64,000 bases of DNA from Octopus vulgaris (GCA_951406725.2 OX597834.1:25172001-25236000); one strand, 5' to 3'. Shown: positions 44,243 to 57,903, counted from the stretch's first letter. The notes: generated from the sequence alone by a model not told the origin. Translations and numbers: made by a program.

Positions 44243-44760
44243 CAACCAACCACATGGTCCCGGGTTCAGTCCCACTGCGTGGCATCTTGGGCAAGTGTCT
44301 TCTGCTATAGCCCCGGGCCAACCAATGCCTTGTGAGTGGATTTGGTAGTAGACGGAAACTGAAAGAAGCCTGTCGTATATACGTATATATATATATATAT
44401 ATATATATTATGATAGGTAGAAAAATACAAACAGAGACAAGAACGCATAAAAACTAAGACGATACAACAAACACAGACAGGGCATTCGAAGCCCTCAGTC
44501 TTCAGTCAAGAACCGGATCATCGTAGTAATTTCGGCTGTGTGTGTGTGTTTGTGTGTCTGTGTTTGTCTCCCTAGCATTGCTTGACAATCGATGCTGGTG
44601 TGTTTACGTCTCTGTCACTTAGCGGTTCGGCAATAGAGACCGATAGAATAACTACTGGGCTTACAAAGAATAAGTCCCGGGGTCGATTTGCTCGACTAAA
44701 GGCGGTGCTCCAGCATGGCCGCAGTCAAATGACTGAAACAAGTAAAGGAGTAAAAGAGTA
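44243..44760 (+). mobile_element. SINE family B with a ~130-bp insertion in its internal (TA)n
   Basis: 5' part 44243-44380, insert ~44410-44538, 3' part to 44760. Confidence 0.85.
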
Positions 44761-44906
44761 TGTAATTCCATTTCTTTCCATCTGCTTGCTCTGCAACTTT
44801 TCCTACTGTTCTTGAATTCTCCTACTTCTTCAGAAACTTTTTGAATATCTCTAGCCGCCGATAATATTTCTTTTCTTTTGATGTGAGGCCCTGTCGGTTA
44901 AACCGT

Positions 44907-45306
44907 CCAACCCATGCTAGCACAGAAAACGGGCGTTAAACGATGATGATGATGATTCTCTCTCCCTTTCCCACTCTCTTACTCTTCCTTTTTCTCGGAC
45001 TCTCCCTCGCTTTCTCTTACTCTCTATCTTTCTCTATCTTCCAACCCATGCTAGCACAGAAAACGGACGTTAAACGATGATGATGATGATTCTCGCTCCC
45101 TTTCCCACTCTCTTACTCTTCCTTTTTCTCGGACTCTCCCTCGCTTTCTCTTACTCTCTATCTTTCTCTATCTTCCAACCCATGCTAGCACAGAAAACGG
45201 ACGTTAAACGATGATGATGATGATTCTCTCTCCCTTTCCCACTCTCTTACTCTTCCTTTTTCTCGGACTCTCCCTCGCTTTCTCTTACTCTCTATCTTTC
45301 TCTATC
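44907..45306 (+). repeat. Tandem triplication, 134-bp unit (retroposon 3' tail plus CT-rich flank)
   Basis: Units start at 44907, 45041 and 45175 (ccaacccatgctagcacagaaaacggacgttaaacgatgatgatg...) and are nearly identical. Confidence 0.95.
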
Positions 45307-45720
45307 TATCTCTCTCCCATCGACTGACCTCTATTTAAACATTGACGTTTGATTTTGAGTCTTCATCTGGGGATCACCAGCACCATTTAAATTGTGGAGC
45401 GTTGTAGGTCTGATCTGCCATATAGCTAAGCAGGTAGCAGACTCAGGCCTGAAAAATCCCTTTTCTTTTTAACCAGGTTCCACCATTTCATTTCTTTTCG
45501 GCTCTATCCGATGGCTGACCCTTTCAACTGTTGGACCAACAGACTAAAGATTGCCCCGACCGCTGTGAAAGAAACAAACCTGTTACTGATAAAATGGGGG
45601 TGAAATCCTTTATTCATGAGAAAAACAAATTCATACAAAACAATAATTGAAATAACAGCCATCATTGTACAACATCACCATCATCATCATCATTACAATC
45701 ATCGGTATGATGGCATTCTT

Positions 45721-45743
45721 CCATCATCATCACCATCATCATC

Positions 45744-45791
<48 letters not shown>

Positions 45792-45792
45792 G

Positions 45793-45861
<69 letters not shown>
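45721..45861. repeat. (CAT)n
   Basis: Direct inspection. Confidence 0.95.
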
Positions 45862-46433
45862 CATCCTCATCGTCATCGTGGTCGTCGTTGTCAATAACAC
45901 CGTTGTTGTTACTGTTGTTGTTAGTTACTGTTCTTTGACTTGTTCTGTCCGTGTATACCTATGATCAAGACCATTCCACCAGTGATCTTCCCGTCTTCTT
46001 TCCCACTGCAGTGCATCTTGGACTACGTTATCTCAGATGACACTCAAGTAGGATTTTGGAAAAGATGTAGTTACTATTTCTAGCAGTTAGAACGACCGCG
46101 TAGATGCACTGTTGTTAATGTTATTACTGCCGTTGTTGTTATTGCTGTTGTTGTTGTTGTTGATGATGATGATGATGATGATGATAATGATGATGACGAC
46201 GACGACGACGACGGCCATCTCCTTGTCATTGTTGTTAATTTAGTTGTTAACATTTCATATCGCTGTTGTTGGTACGTGCGTGAGGTTATTGTTGTGAATG
46301 CTGTATGTGTGCGCACGTGTGTGTATGCGTGTGCGTGTATGTGTATGTGTATGTGTGTGTGTATAAAATATTATTAAGCAAGAAAATGGAGAGATTTAAT
46401 GGATAAAGTTAATTTATTAATTATTATTAACAT

Positions 46434-46494
46434 TGCCTACAATTGTTTCAGTTCACACCCAGTTGAAGATCTTGAGTGGAATCTCATCAGAGTG
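46434..46494 (-). ncRNA. Degenerate type I hammerhead motif (family H4)
   Basis: Minus strand: cact CTGATGA gattccactca..tgggtgtgaact GAAA caattg TA ggca. Core and palindromic CAATTG are intact; stem I is partly broken. Confidence 0.55.
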
Positions 46495-46691
46495 AAAGGA
46501 ACACTAAGGAAGTTACATGTTGACCAGTTGAGACATTTTAACAGACTAAGTAGATGAGAGTATGCTTGGTTATTTACGTGTGTGTGTGTGTGTGTGTGTA
46601 TGTGTGTGTGTGTGTGTGTGTGCCCGATAATATTTTTCTTAAACAATAATAAAATAAAATATATAAAGGTATTGAAATATGTAAGATGCAC

Positions 46692-46754
46692 CAAGCAATG
46701 CTAAGGGAACAAACACAGACACACAAACACACACACACACACACATATATATAC

Positions 46755-46811
<57 letters not shown>

Positions 46812-46998
46812 TCCCCCTAGCATTGCTTGACAACCGATGCTGGTGTGTTTACGTCCCCGTAACTTAGCGGTTCGGCAAAAGAGACCGATAGATTAAGTAC
46901 TGGGCTTACAAAGAATAAGTCCCGGGGTCGATTTGCTCGACAAAAGGCAGTGCTCCAGCATGGCCGCAGTCAGATGACTGAAACAAGTAAAAGAGTAT
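46692..46998 (+). mobile_element. SINE family B 3' half preceded by an inverted copy of its own middle
   Basis: caagcaatgctaagggaacaaacac (46692) vs gtgtttgtccccctagcattgcttg (to 46829). Confidence 0.8.
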
Positions 46999-47652
46999 AT
47001 AAAAGTAAAAATAAAAATAGAATAAGTAAAAATAAATAATAAGTATTAAAAAACGTTTATTATTTTATCTATGTCTGTATAACTTCTAGTCTGAATATTT
47101 ATTATTTCATTTTTATTAGTTTTTATTAATTTTTATTAATTTGTATTAACATTAATCATTTACTTTTACTTATTTTATTTTTATTTTATTTTTATATGTG
47201 CATTTTACATATTTTAATACTTTTATATATTTCATTTTATTTTATTATATTTTAAGAAAAATGTTATCTGACACACACACACCCGCAAATAACTAAGCAC
47301 ATTTCACACAAAATCTTCAATTGAGTGTGAACTAAAACAATTGTAGGTAATGTTAATTAATCTCTCCATTTCTTGCTTAATAATATTTGATATTTATAAT
47401 ATATTCATTGAAGATATATCTTTTTACAGTATGATATATTAAAACACTGCAACTTGGCTGGAACGATCCCTAAAGAGGTTTATATCTTCAAATTGACTTA
47501 ATATGTATGTATATATATATGTATCTGTGTTCATATGTATGTGTATATATATAAATATTAGTAGTAGTAATTGTAAGACAACAAAAGAATGAAAGAGACC
47601 TCGATATTATATAAATAGAGGAATTTATTTGTAATATAATATGTGACAATTT

Positions 47653-47728
47653 ATTCGGTTGCCATGATAAAACTCCGAGTTTCGGACGTCGGGGCGGAAA
47701 CTCGGAGTTTTATCATGGCAACCGAATG
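47653..47728. repeat. Hairpin with ~31-bp perfect arms
   Basis: attcggttgccatgataaaactccgagtttc [ggacgtcggggcg] gaaactcggagttttatcatggcaaccgaat. Confidence 0.85.
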
Positions 47729-47759
47729 ATTTCACATAATATATTAAAAATATATATAA

Positions 47760-47795
<36 letters not shown>

Positions 47796-48161
47796 GTGTT
47801 GCTATAGCTACTGTTTTTGTGCTTATAGCTGTTGTTGTGGTAATATTGTTAATGTTATTGACGTTAATGTTGTTGTTCTAAACATTTTTCTTGTTATTGT
47901 TATTATTGATATCTATTTTGTTGTTGTTGTTGTTATTGATGTTGTTATCGTTGATTTTAGTAGCGTCTTTAATTCGTTTTTTGTTATTGATATTGTTGCT
48001 ATCATTGTCTTTATTATTATTATTATTATTATTATTTTCAATGTTGTATTTGTTATCGTCATCGTTATTGTCTTTGTAATAGTAGCTATTACTGCTGTTT
48101 CTGTTGTTGTTGTTGTTGTTGTTGCTGTTGTTGTTGTTGTTGTTATCGTCGTCATCGATGT

Positions 48162-48580
48162 CTAAACAATTGATTTAAAAATAATGTGTTCCATTAATAG
48201 ACTTGGCGAAACGAAGAAAGAGAAAATGGGTTGGCCAGGTGGGTAGCCTGCTACAGCTGAGGCGATGACCAAAGGTAAGAAATGTTCAAGACGAGGGTGA
48301 GCTTTTTTGAAAAACGGTAGACTTTCGCACTCCACCATGCGTTCTTTCCTTTCCCTGGGGGTGAGTCGAGGATTACAGAAAACATCCCTTACCCATTTCT
48401 GTAAATCGGACGCCCACTGGAATATGTTGCATTTATGGGACTGTCCCATTTTTTCGAAAGTATGAGTCATAAAACCGGAACCTATAATGAGCACGCCCTC
48501 TTTGCTGAGTTCTGACAGCGCTTCACCCATCTCCTGGTGATCGGCCACAGTCAAACTGTTTTTCAGCGACACTTGAAGCA
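48162..48580 (-). CDS. Terminal coding exon of a LigB-family / 4,5-DOPA extradiol dioxygenase (DODA/YgiD-like); C-terminal 139 aa
   Basis: Non-repetitive open frame VLQVSLKNSL..DHQEMGEALSELSKEGVLIIGSGFMTHTF..AHPRLEHFLPLVIASAVAG..EHIIFKSIV*. It matches the class III extradiol dioxygenase motifs V-Q-S, G.AL..L..EGVLIIGSG..H and HP..EH.LPL. It is preceded by a polypyrimidine acceptor (tttcttctctttgcag, AG at 48582-48581, phase 1) and ends in TAG at 48164-48162. The listed ORF N-terminus (48581-48740) is intron/microsatellite. Confidence 0.9.
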
Positions 48581-48639
48581 CTGCAAAGAGAAGAAATATA
48601 TATTGGTTAGGATAAACGACGACTTCAGTAACATATACA

Positions 48640-48686
<47 letters not shown>

Positions 48687-48688
48687 AT

Positions 48689-48875
48689 AGGGAGAGTTTA
48701 CGAAAAGACAAAAGACGAAGACAGGTGGTGTACAAAACAAACAGATGTATTAGTATGACGCTCAGGAATAGAAAAAGTATTTTACGTTTCGAGCCTACGC
48801 TCTTCTACAGAAAGGGACACAGAAAAAACAAGGAGAGAAAAAATGTGTGTAGTGGCTAACGATCTATCATGGCAT
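48689..48875 (-). mobile_element. Family H6 element in the DODA intron
   Basis: Minus strand contains cttt CTGTAGA a gagcgtaggctc GAAA cg TA aaat; the element is embedded in (TA)n. Confidence 0.65.
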
Positions 48876-48879
48876 CTTA

Positions 48880-48913
<34 letters not shown>

Positions 48914-48914
<1 letters not shown>

Positions 48915-49278
48915 CATTTATTTCTTTTACTGTGGTCATGCTGAAGCACCGCCTTCAGTGGAACAAATCGAACCCAGGACTTATTCTCTGTAGCGAGCCA
49001 GGACTTATTCTATCGGTCTCTTTTGCTGAACAGTTGGGTTACGGGACGTAAACACCCCAACATTGGTTGTCAAGTAACGGTGGGTGGACAAACACAGGCA
49101 CACACACACATATACACGATGGGCTTCTATCAGTTTCCATCTACCAATTCTACTCACAAGGCTTTGATTGGCCTAAGACTATAGTAGAAGACACCTGCCC
49201 AAGGTGCCACTCAGTGAGACTGAACCGGGAACCATGTGGTTGAGAAGCAAGATTCTTTCCACACAGCCATTCTTGCGA
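48914..49278 (-). mobile_element. SINE family B (diverged)
   Basis: Consensus match with many substitutions. Confidence 0.8.
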
Positions 49279-49468
49279 GATTCATATATATATAAATGTG
49301 ATTTTTTTATAAATTCACTAATGGATATGAATCGAAACGAATTTTAGGATATATATTTGTTTTTATTATTTGTTATATTATATTATAATGTTAATAAATT
49401 TATAAATGTTAATAAAGTTATAAATTTATAAGATGTTAATCGTATTTTCTATTTCTTGTAATATATAT

Positions 49469-49526
<58 letters not shown>

Positions 49527-49735
49527 CGGGAAGCTTTATGAAAATAAACAAAAGACGAAGGCAGGTGGAAAACAAACGAACAATTGTATTAGTATGGCGC
49601 TCAGGAAATATAAATAAAACAAGTCTTTAACGTTTCGAGCCTACGCTCTTCAACAGAAAGATACACAGAGAGAGAAAAACACAGAAAGAAGGAGAGAAAA
49701 AAATGCGTGCAGTAGCTAACGAATCAACATGGCGA
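49527..49735 (-). mobile_element. Family H6 element
   Basis: Minus strand contains cttt CTGTTGA a gagcgtaggctc GAAA cg TT aaag; follows (TA)n. Confidence 0.65.
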
Positions 49736-50299
49736 TATACGCACACAGTTCAAATCTAAAGAAAACAAAAGACGAAGACAAGTGAAGAAATAAATTGATT
49801 TCTTTTCCCCTTGTTTATAAGTTGTTTATAAATTTAACCTTTAAAGGTATTTTTTAATATGCTGGCCATTGATAAAATTTTTTTCGAAAAATTTTATCCT
49901 ATATTAGATGTAAATTTAATAGTATTCCCTTCCGGACTCTCTCATTCTATGAGAGTTTTGAGTTCGAATCGCACGTTCTCGAATGGGCTGGAGAATTTCT
50001 ATTTTGGATGTATTTGGGGTACTTAATTGTGCTCATGACTTAGTGTTTGCTTCTTCCATGGGTATAAGTAAGTATTTCATTCATTTCTTTGCCGCATTTA
50101 TCACTGACGAAGAGAAGGTTCTTATGAATTAACTCTGAAATCGGGTCCGATATAGTAATAACGGAATTTTTTAGAAATTTCTGTCGGCTTTCTTCGAAAC
50201 GCGTGCTTATAGTGATGAATTATATGGTTATGAACGATGTGTCTAGTTTCGGCATATTTGGCATTAGAATTTTTTTTTCTTTTACCCTTGTTTATAAGT

Positions 50300-50342
<43 letters not shown>

Positions 50343-50346
<4 letters not shown>

Positions 50347-50600
50347 AATTGCAGCGTGGAAGGTGTCTGTAAGCCATTTAAGAAACACACAAAAGCCGTT
50401 CGATTCACTTCAACATTTAAGTTTAATTTGTCAAAATATTTTCGTCTCTAAATCCGTGCACGCATTCTTGTTAGTCAACAGGTCGCGGATTTTAGCGACG
50501 AAAATATTTTGACAAATTAAACTTAAATGTTGAAGTGAATCGAACGGCTTTTGTGTGTTCCTTAAATGGCTTACAAACACCTTCCACGCTGCAATTGTTT
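50343..50600. repeat. Fold-back element, ~115-bp inverted arms, between (TA)n tracts
   Basis: aaacaattgcagcgtggaaggtg...aaaatattttcgtc vs gacgaaaatattttg...caccttccacgctgcaattgttt. The right arm starts with a hammerhead-like remnant gtcgc..gcgac GAAA atat TT tgac. Confidence 0.85.
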
Positions 50601-50654
50601 TCGTTCCAGCACACGATCTCAGACCAAATCACTTGCTATGCGAGTACATCTCCG

Positions 50655-50705
<51 letters not shown>

Positions 50706-50765
50706 TATGTATATATATATATATATAATTATATATATACATATATATGTATATATATATATAAT

Positions 50766-50809
<44 letters not shown>

Positions 50810-50821
50810 TATATATACATA

Positions 50822-50938
<117 letters not shown>

Positions 50939-50984
50939 GAGGCGAACTGGCAGAATCGTTAGCACGCCGGGCGAAATGTTTAGC

Positions 50985-51068
<84 letters not shown>

Positions 51069-51214
51069 ATGTACACATGCACACATATATACAAACATGC
51101 ATACATACATTTAGACATACGTACATAAAAGAGTATTTGTGTGTGTTTGTGTGTGTATGTGTGCTTGTGTCTCTGTGTATGTGCGGGTTTGTATAGTAGT
51201 TGTGTCCATTTACT

Positions 51215-51500
51215 CCAGAGTAGCCTTTTCTGCGGATGGCATTGTATATTGTTCTAGAAACAACAGCCTGTCGCAGTGGGACGCAGGACCCCAATAACAT
51301 TTTTGGACAGTTGTTGGTCACATTTGTTATGTCATCCACAGAAATGTAACATAATTGACATTGACTCTTATATCTTGAGAATCTTATGGGCTTTACTCTT
51401 TTGCTGGTTCATTAGATATATCGAAGTTGTCTCCTGTTCCTGAATTTCAAGAGCAGAACCTCCAAGATGTGACCCGTTGTCTCAGTCACAAATTTAAGAC
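51215..51500 (-). mobile_element. R4/Dong-like LINE fragment (zinc-knuckle region)
   Basis: Minus strand ALEIQEQETTSIYL, then CQLCYISVDDITNVTNNCPKM...[15 protein letters not shown], which fits a decayed AIQ.Q....Y / CxxC..HxxxxC / RH..V pattern. Confidence 0.6.
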
Positions 51501-51519
51501 AGGTCACACTTCATGCTAA

Positions 51520-51990
51520 TATTGGTTTTAGATTTTGGAACAAGGTCACTAATTTTCAGGACGAGATTAGTCGATCACATCGACCCTAATGCACAACCGG
51601 TACTTATTTTATCGACCCCAAAAGGATGAAAGGCGAAGGTGACCTCAACGAAATTTGAACTCAGAACGCAAAAAACAGTCGAAATACCACTAAGCACTTT
51701 CCCCGGTGTTCTAACGGTTCTGCCAGATCGTCGCCTTACTTCATGATAATTTTATCATCATATTATGAAGGTAGCGAGCTGACAGAATCGTTAGCACGCC
51801 GGGCAAAATGCTTAGCGGCATTTCATCCGTCTCTACGTTCTGAGTTCGAATGCCACCGAGGTCGACTTTGCCTTTCATCTTCTTCGGTACCTATAATATA
51901 AATATCAGTTGAGCACGGGGAAGGGGGCGTCAATGTAATCGATCTACCCCTCCCCGAAATTGCCGGCCTTGTGTCAAAATTTAAAATCAA
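51520..51990. mobile_element. Two divergent (head-to-head) older family A SINEs
   Basis: Minus copy ~51520-51740 and plus copy ~51767-51990. Confidence 0.75.
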
Positions 51991-52109
51991 TATGTGCATT
52001 GTCCTTAAGTTTATGGGGAACTTAACCCTGTATAATCTTTATATGTACATATATATGTATGTATGGGTGTAACTATGAATGTATGTATGCATACATAAGT
52101 ATATGTATG

Positions 52110-52140
<31 letters not shown>

Positions 52141-52355
52141 AAATATGAGATTATGTGTATATGTATAAATAGATATAGTTATATATATTTGCATATACAT
52201 ATACATATGTATGTATGCATGTATGTATGTATGTGTGTGTATGTATGTATGTGTGTATGTATGTATGTATGTATGTATGCATGTATGTATGTATGTATGC
52301 ATGTATGTATGTATGTATGTATGTGTGTATGTATGTATGTATGTATGCATGTATG

Positions 52356-52389
<34 letters not shown>

Positions 52390-52896
52390 TGTATGCATGC
52401 ATGTATGTATGTATGTATGTAGGTATGTATGTATGCATGTATGTATGTATGTATGTATGTATGTATGTATGTATGTATGTATGTATGTATGTATGTATGT
52501 ATGTATGTATGTATGTATGTGTTTGAATGTATGCAGACATCTTCATAGACTAATGAATGGTGTCACCTCTACTCAGAAGATAGATAATACCGTTTATCTA
52601 TTTTTATGAAAGAAAGTTATCTGATAAAGATATAAAAGCTAAATAAGAATAAAAGATAACGGAAACGGTTGTAGGGTGAGATTGTGAGTGGTGTGGGTTT
52701 AAATGGGAACAATAGAATAAGGGAGACGCATATGTATATATATATATATAAAGGTGACAGACAGACAGACAGACAAACAGACAAACAGAAACACATAGAA
52801 ATAGACGGACGGGCAGACAGACAGACAGGTTGATAGATATATATAGAGAGGGGGAGAGGGTGATAGAGCGACAGAAGGACAGACAGATGTTTGTAA

Positions 52897-52947
<51 letters not shown>

Positions 52948-53004
52948 ACAATAAGATAGATAATGTATATAAAATGATAAATAGACAGATCTTGACAAAT
53001 AGCG

Positions 53005-53030
53005 AGATAGATAGATAGACAGACAGACAT

Positions 53031-53106
<76 letters not shown>

Positions 53107-53160
53107 ATAGATATATCGATAGATCGATAGATGGATAGATAGATAGATAGATAGATAGAT

Positions 53161-53242
<82 letters not shown>

Positions 53243-53243
53243 C

Positions 53244-53310
<67 letters not shown>
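53005..53310. repeat. (GATA)n
   Basis: Direct inspection. Confidence 0.97.
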
Positions 53311-53758
53311 ATTTAAATTACAAAGTTACAAAGATATCTGAAACTAAAACCGAAATGTATTGTATTGTGTGCGTGAGAGAGAGAGAGAGAGAGAAATTGA
53401 CAGACTGACAGACAAACAGAGAAAACTATGCATGTACATATATATGTGTATATATGTGTGTTTGTGTATAGAGAGAGAGGGGGAAGGGAGAGAGAGGGGG
53501 AGAGAGAGAGGGGGGGAGAGAGAGTAGCAGAACCCAGCTTTGATATGACATAGATCTTCTCTATCTTCCTCATCGATGTTGTCTATTATTGACGACCAAA
53601 GTCGATATTGTCTGTGGAATCATTAAAATCTCATGTGAAAGAGATTCCAAGAAAACAGTTGAGATGATGAAAGTAAGAAATATACGAGAATATATAGAGC
53701 TCCGGTGGCTCTCAATGATACAGAGGAGGAGAGAGATTCACACATACTCAAACACACT

Positions 53759-53801
<43 letters not shown>

Positions 53802-53818
53802 TCATATAGATATATATT

Positions 53819-53934
<116 letters not shown>

Positions 53935-54604
53935 TATATACATACATATATATATATACATATACATATATGTGTGTGTCATATATATGTGTGTGTATAT
54001 ATATATATATGTGTGTGTGTGTATGTATATGTATATGTATACATAATATATATGCATATATATATATATATATATACATATGCATAAATACATATACACA
54101 AACGCATATATGTATATACATAAATACATGTAGACACACGCATATATATATATGTATGTTTATATACACATACATTATACACATACATTCTTAAACACAT
54201 ACATAGATATACATACACACGCACACAATCTCCGATATCAAGTTTTTATTGTCTTCCATGCTTTTGTTTTTGTTTTTGTTTTTGATTCGTCGCAGTCGTC
54301 GTTGTCATCGGTTACGATGGTACTGATGGCGGCGGGGCGGGGCGGGTTGGGGGAGCAGTGACGCTGCTGGTGAAGTCGCCGCTGCTGGTGAAGCCGCCGC
54401 CGCTGCTGGTATTGGACTTCTTAGAAGTCATCTAATTAGGTAGTGCGTGCGTGTACATATATTATGCGTGTCTATGTGTGTGTATGTGTGTTTGTGAGTG
54501 TGTACGTACATAAACGTATATGTATATATATCTATATATTCTTACATATATACATACATTTATATGTGCGTGTATGTATACGTATATATATATATAATAT
54601 ATAG

Positions 54605-54650
<46 letters not shown>

Positions 54651-55119
54651 ATAATTTGTCATGGTTTCTTCTATGTAAGTAAAATACGGTTTAGTATTGT
54701 GTGTCTGAATATTTGTATATATCCATGGATATGTACAAGCGTGTGCTTTAAAACATTTATATACATTTATATGCATGTGTATACGTGTGTATACGTGTGT
54801 GTCTATGAATGGATGTCTGTGTGTGCATATATGTGTGTGTATATACGTGTGTGTGCATGTGTGTATATGTGTGTGTAATACCTTAATTATCGAGGAAACA
54901 TCATCATCATCATCTTCATCATCATCATCTCTGCATTGATCATGTCTCAACATTAACTAACGGTCGATACTTTTAATTACCAACTCAGTTGGTCTGGATA
55001 ATGAATATCACATACACACACACATGCACAAAGATACACACGTACGACGCACACTCACATACATTATATATATTGTATGTAGAAATACATACACACATAT
55101 ATATACATATTCAATTCTT

Positions 55120-55197
<78 letters not shown>

Positions 55198-55391
55198 TGT
55201 TTGTATGTATATATAGTTACACGCGGAAACGCATATATAGAGATAAGCATATATACATACATATACGCATAGAAACAGACGTACACACTTATACTTACAT
55301 GACTACAAGTATATATACTTTTATGCGTACTAACACATGCATACATACACATAGAAATACATACAAGCACATACATACATACATACATACA

Positions 55392-55425
<34 letters not shown>

Positions 55426-55744
55426 CATACATACATACATTCATACATGTATACATACATACAAGCATACATCCGTTGATAACCCCAGGAAATGGCAATA
55501 ATGTATGTATAGTCTAAGAAAACATGGGACACTTATGCCACCTGGGTGGGTTATGAAATCATTACAATTAGCCAAATTCCTCCAACCACCAGCCATTGCT
55601 ATTCCATACCTGATCAAAATATGTTTACTATTAGACTTTTCAGTCTTAAGAATCCACTGCTAATACTGAACATGATACGGGACCAACAACTCGTCATGCA
55701 AGGCGACATCCTGTTCGTACTACTTTTATCTTTTATCTGATGCT

Positions 55745-55887
55745 TGTTTCGGTATTTAGACTGTGGCCATGCTGGGTCACCCAGCATGGCAGAACTTTTA
55801 GTTGAATGAATCGATACCGGTACTTACTCTTTTTTAAAGCCCAATGCCAGTTGTCAAGCAGTGGTGGAGGACAAACACAGACACACA

Positions 55888-55947
<60 letters not shown>

Positions 55948-56118
55948 ACGACGGGCTTCATTGAGTTTCTGTCTACCAAATATCCATTCATAAGGCTTTG
56001 GTCTGCCTGAGACTATAGTAGAAGGTACATGCCCAAAGTACCACCACGCTGTGGAACTGAACCCGGAAGCATGTGGTTGGGAAGCAGGCTTCTTACCACA
56101 CAACCACGCTTGCGCCTC
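55745..56118 (-). mobile_element. SINE family B (diverged, internally deleted)
   Basis: Head revcomp cttaccacacaaccacgcttgcgcct; body gttgtcaagcagtggtggaggacaaacac. Confidence 0.7.
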
Positions 56119-56239
56119 CTATACTTGCTCATAAAACATGCTGATTGTAGAAATAGTTATTCTGATATAAAAATAATACATACTTTCATCAGGGAACATC
56201 AGTCAACTTTTCAGGGAGAGGGATGCTTATGGAAGCTAT

Positions 56240-56464
56240 ACTCTTTACTCTTTTACTCTTTTACTTGTTTCAGTCATTTGACTCCGGCCATGCTGGAGCA
56301 CCGCCTTTAGTCGAGCAACTCGACCCCGGGACTTATTCTTTGTAAGCCCAGTACTTATTCTATCAGTCTTTTTTGCCGAACCGTTAGGTGACGGGGACGT
56401 AAACACACCAGCATCGGTTGTCAAGCAATGCTAGGGGGACAAACACACACACAAACACACACAC

Positions 56465-56511
<47 letters not shown>

Positions 56512-56675
56512 CGACAGGCTTCTTTCAGTTTCCGTCTACCAAATCCACTCACAAGGCATTGGTCGGCCCGGAGCTATAGCAGAAGACACTTGCCCAAGAT
56601 GCCACGCAGTGGACTGAACCCGGAACCATGTGGTTGTTTAGCAAGCTACTTACCACACAGCCACTCCTGCGCCTA
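56240..56675 (-). mobile_element. SINE family B, full length
   Basis: Consensus match. Confidence 0.9.
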
Positions 56676-57515
56676 TGGACATGTATTTAAACATATGAAT
56701 AAATATTTGGGTCTCATTCGCCAATATTCTATAAATAGGGAATGGCAATTTCGTGAATCTAAAAATGCATTTATGATGGTAAAGCGTGATAAAATTGCTT
56801 CGTGCACATGAAAATCAAAAAGCCGGGTTCACCATTCCTGATATCCTCATCCTGTCCAAAGATGTCAGGAATGTTGGTGCTGTTAACAAAAGAGAGGAAG
56901 AAAATAGATCAATTCACTGAGAATTGAAGTACAGAGGTACTTGAAGGGTACTTGAAAAGAAGAACAGGGACCATAGAAGAAATAAATCACAGGAAGAACC
57001 TGCCATTTGGTTCCTAGAAGTTTTTACTGTCTCGTCACAAAAGTTACCTCCAATGAAAGCAAGAAGCATGAAATTTCCACGAAGTACTTTCAGCTCAAGA
57101 GACCAAAAACCCATCAACTGCTAATAAATGGACGAAATGAAAAACCAAACCTGAAGATATTCGCTATATTATTATCAAATGAAAAAAAAGACCGTCAAAG
57201 ACATACAACTTTCCCACGAGACAGGAAATGATTTCTAGATTAAAGTTGAAAGAATATAAGGAATAAACAAAACAGTAAATAATTAAGGTGATGGATCAAA
57301 AGAATAATGGGCGAAGGTGGAATTGAAAACAGCAAAAAAAACTTCTAAAACACCATCGAGTTAATATTACGGTTTTGGTAGCGTAAAAACTGGTCTCTTA
57401 TGAAAGGCAAGTGTTCATTTGACGTCAATAGAGATATATAAAAGAAAATACAGAGAAAACACCATTGACCATAGATCTCCCTTTCTCTCTGACCATTCCT
57501 CCTTCTTCACACACA

Positions 57516-57588
<73 letters not shown>

Positions 57589-57628
57589 GTGGCTGTGTGA
57601 TCATAACCACATATTCATATATATGTAT

Positions 57629-57706
<78 letters not shown>

Positions 57707-57840
57707 GGTGTATGGGTGGCTGTGTGATCAGAGGTTTTGCTTTCCAACCACATGGTCTGGAGTTCAGTCCCAAATAAAGCTTTGTAAGCAGACTTAGAAG
57801 ACAGAATGTAAAAAGCTCGTCGCCTGGAGATACACACATA

Positions 57841-57903
<63 letters not shown>

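Larger units (their letters stand above)
46366..47390. repeat. Large diverged fold-back element (carrying H4) with a SINE fragment inserted
   Basis: 46366-46690 is an imperfect reverse complement of ~47197-47390, e.g. aaatattattaagcaagaaaatggagagatt / aatctctccatttcttgcttaataatattt. Confidence 0.75.

Noticed and set aside
50101-50218. CTGACGA...GAAACGCG hammerhead-like motif
   Set aside because: The cleavage position is G (GUG) and stem I is not adjacent; at best a decayed remnant.
54304-54432. GC-rich island with a 39-aa minus-strand ORF (MTSKKSNTSSGGG...) and GC boxes
   Set aside because: Low-complexity, short internal duplications, no DODA similarity and no splice donor.
55510-55720. Unique segment examined as a possible upstream DODA exon
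   Set aside because: I found no SHG, SAHW, YDYYGFP or DHG motif in the minus-strand frames I read here or in other unique segments up to 64000; the upstream exons probably lie outside the window.
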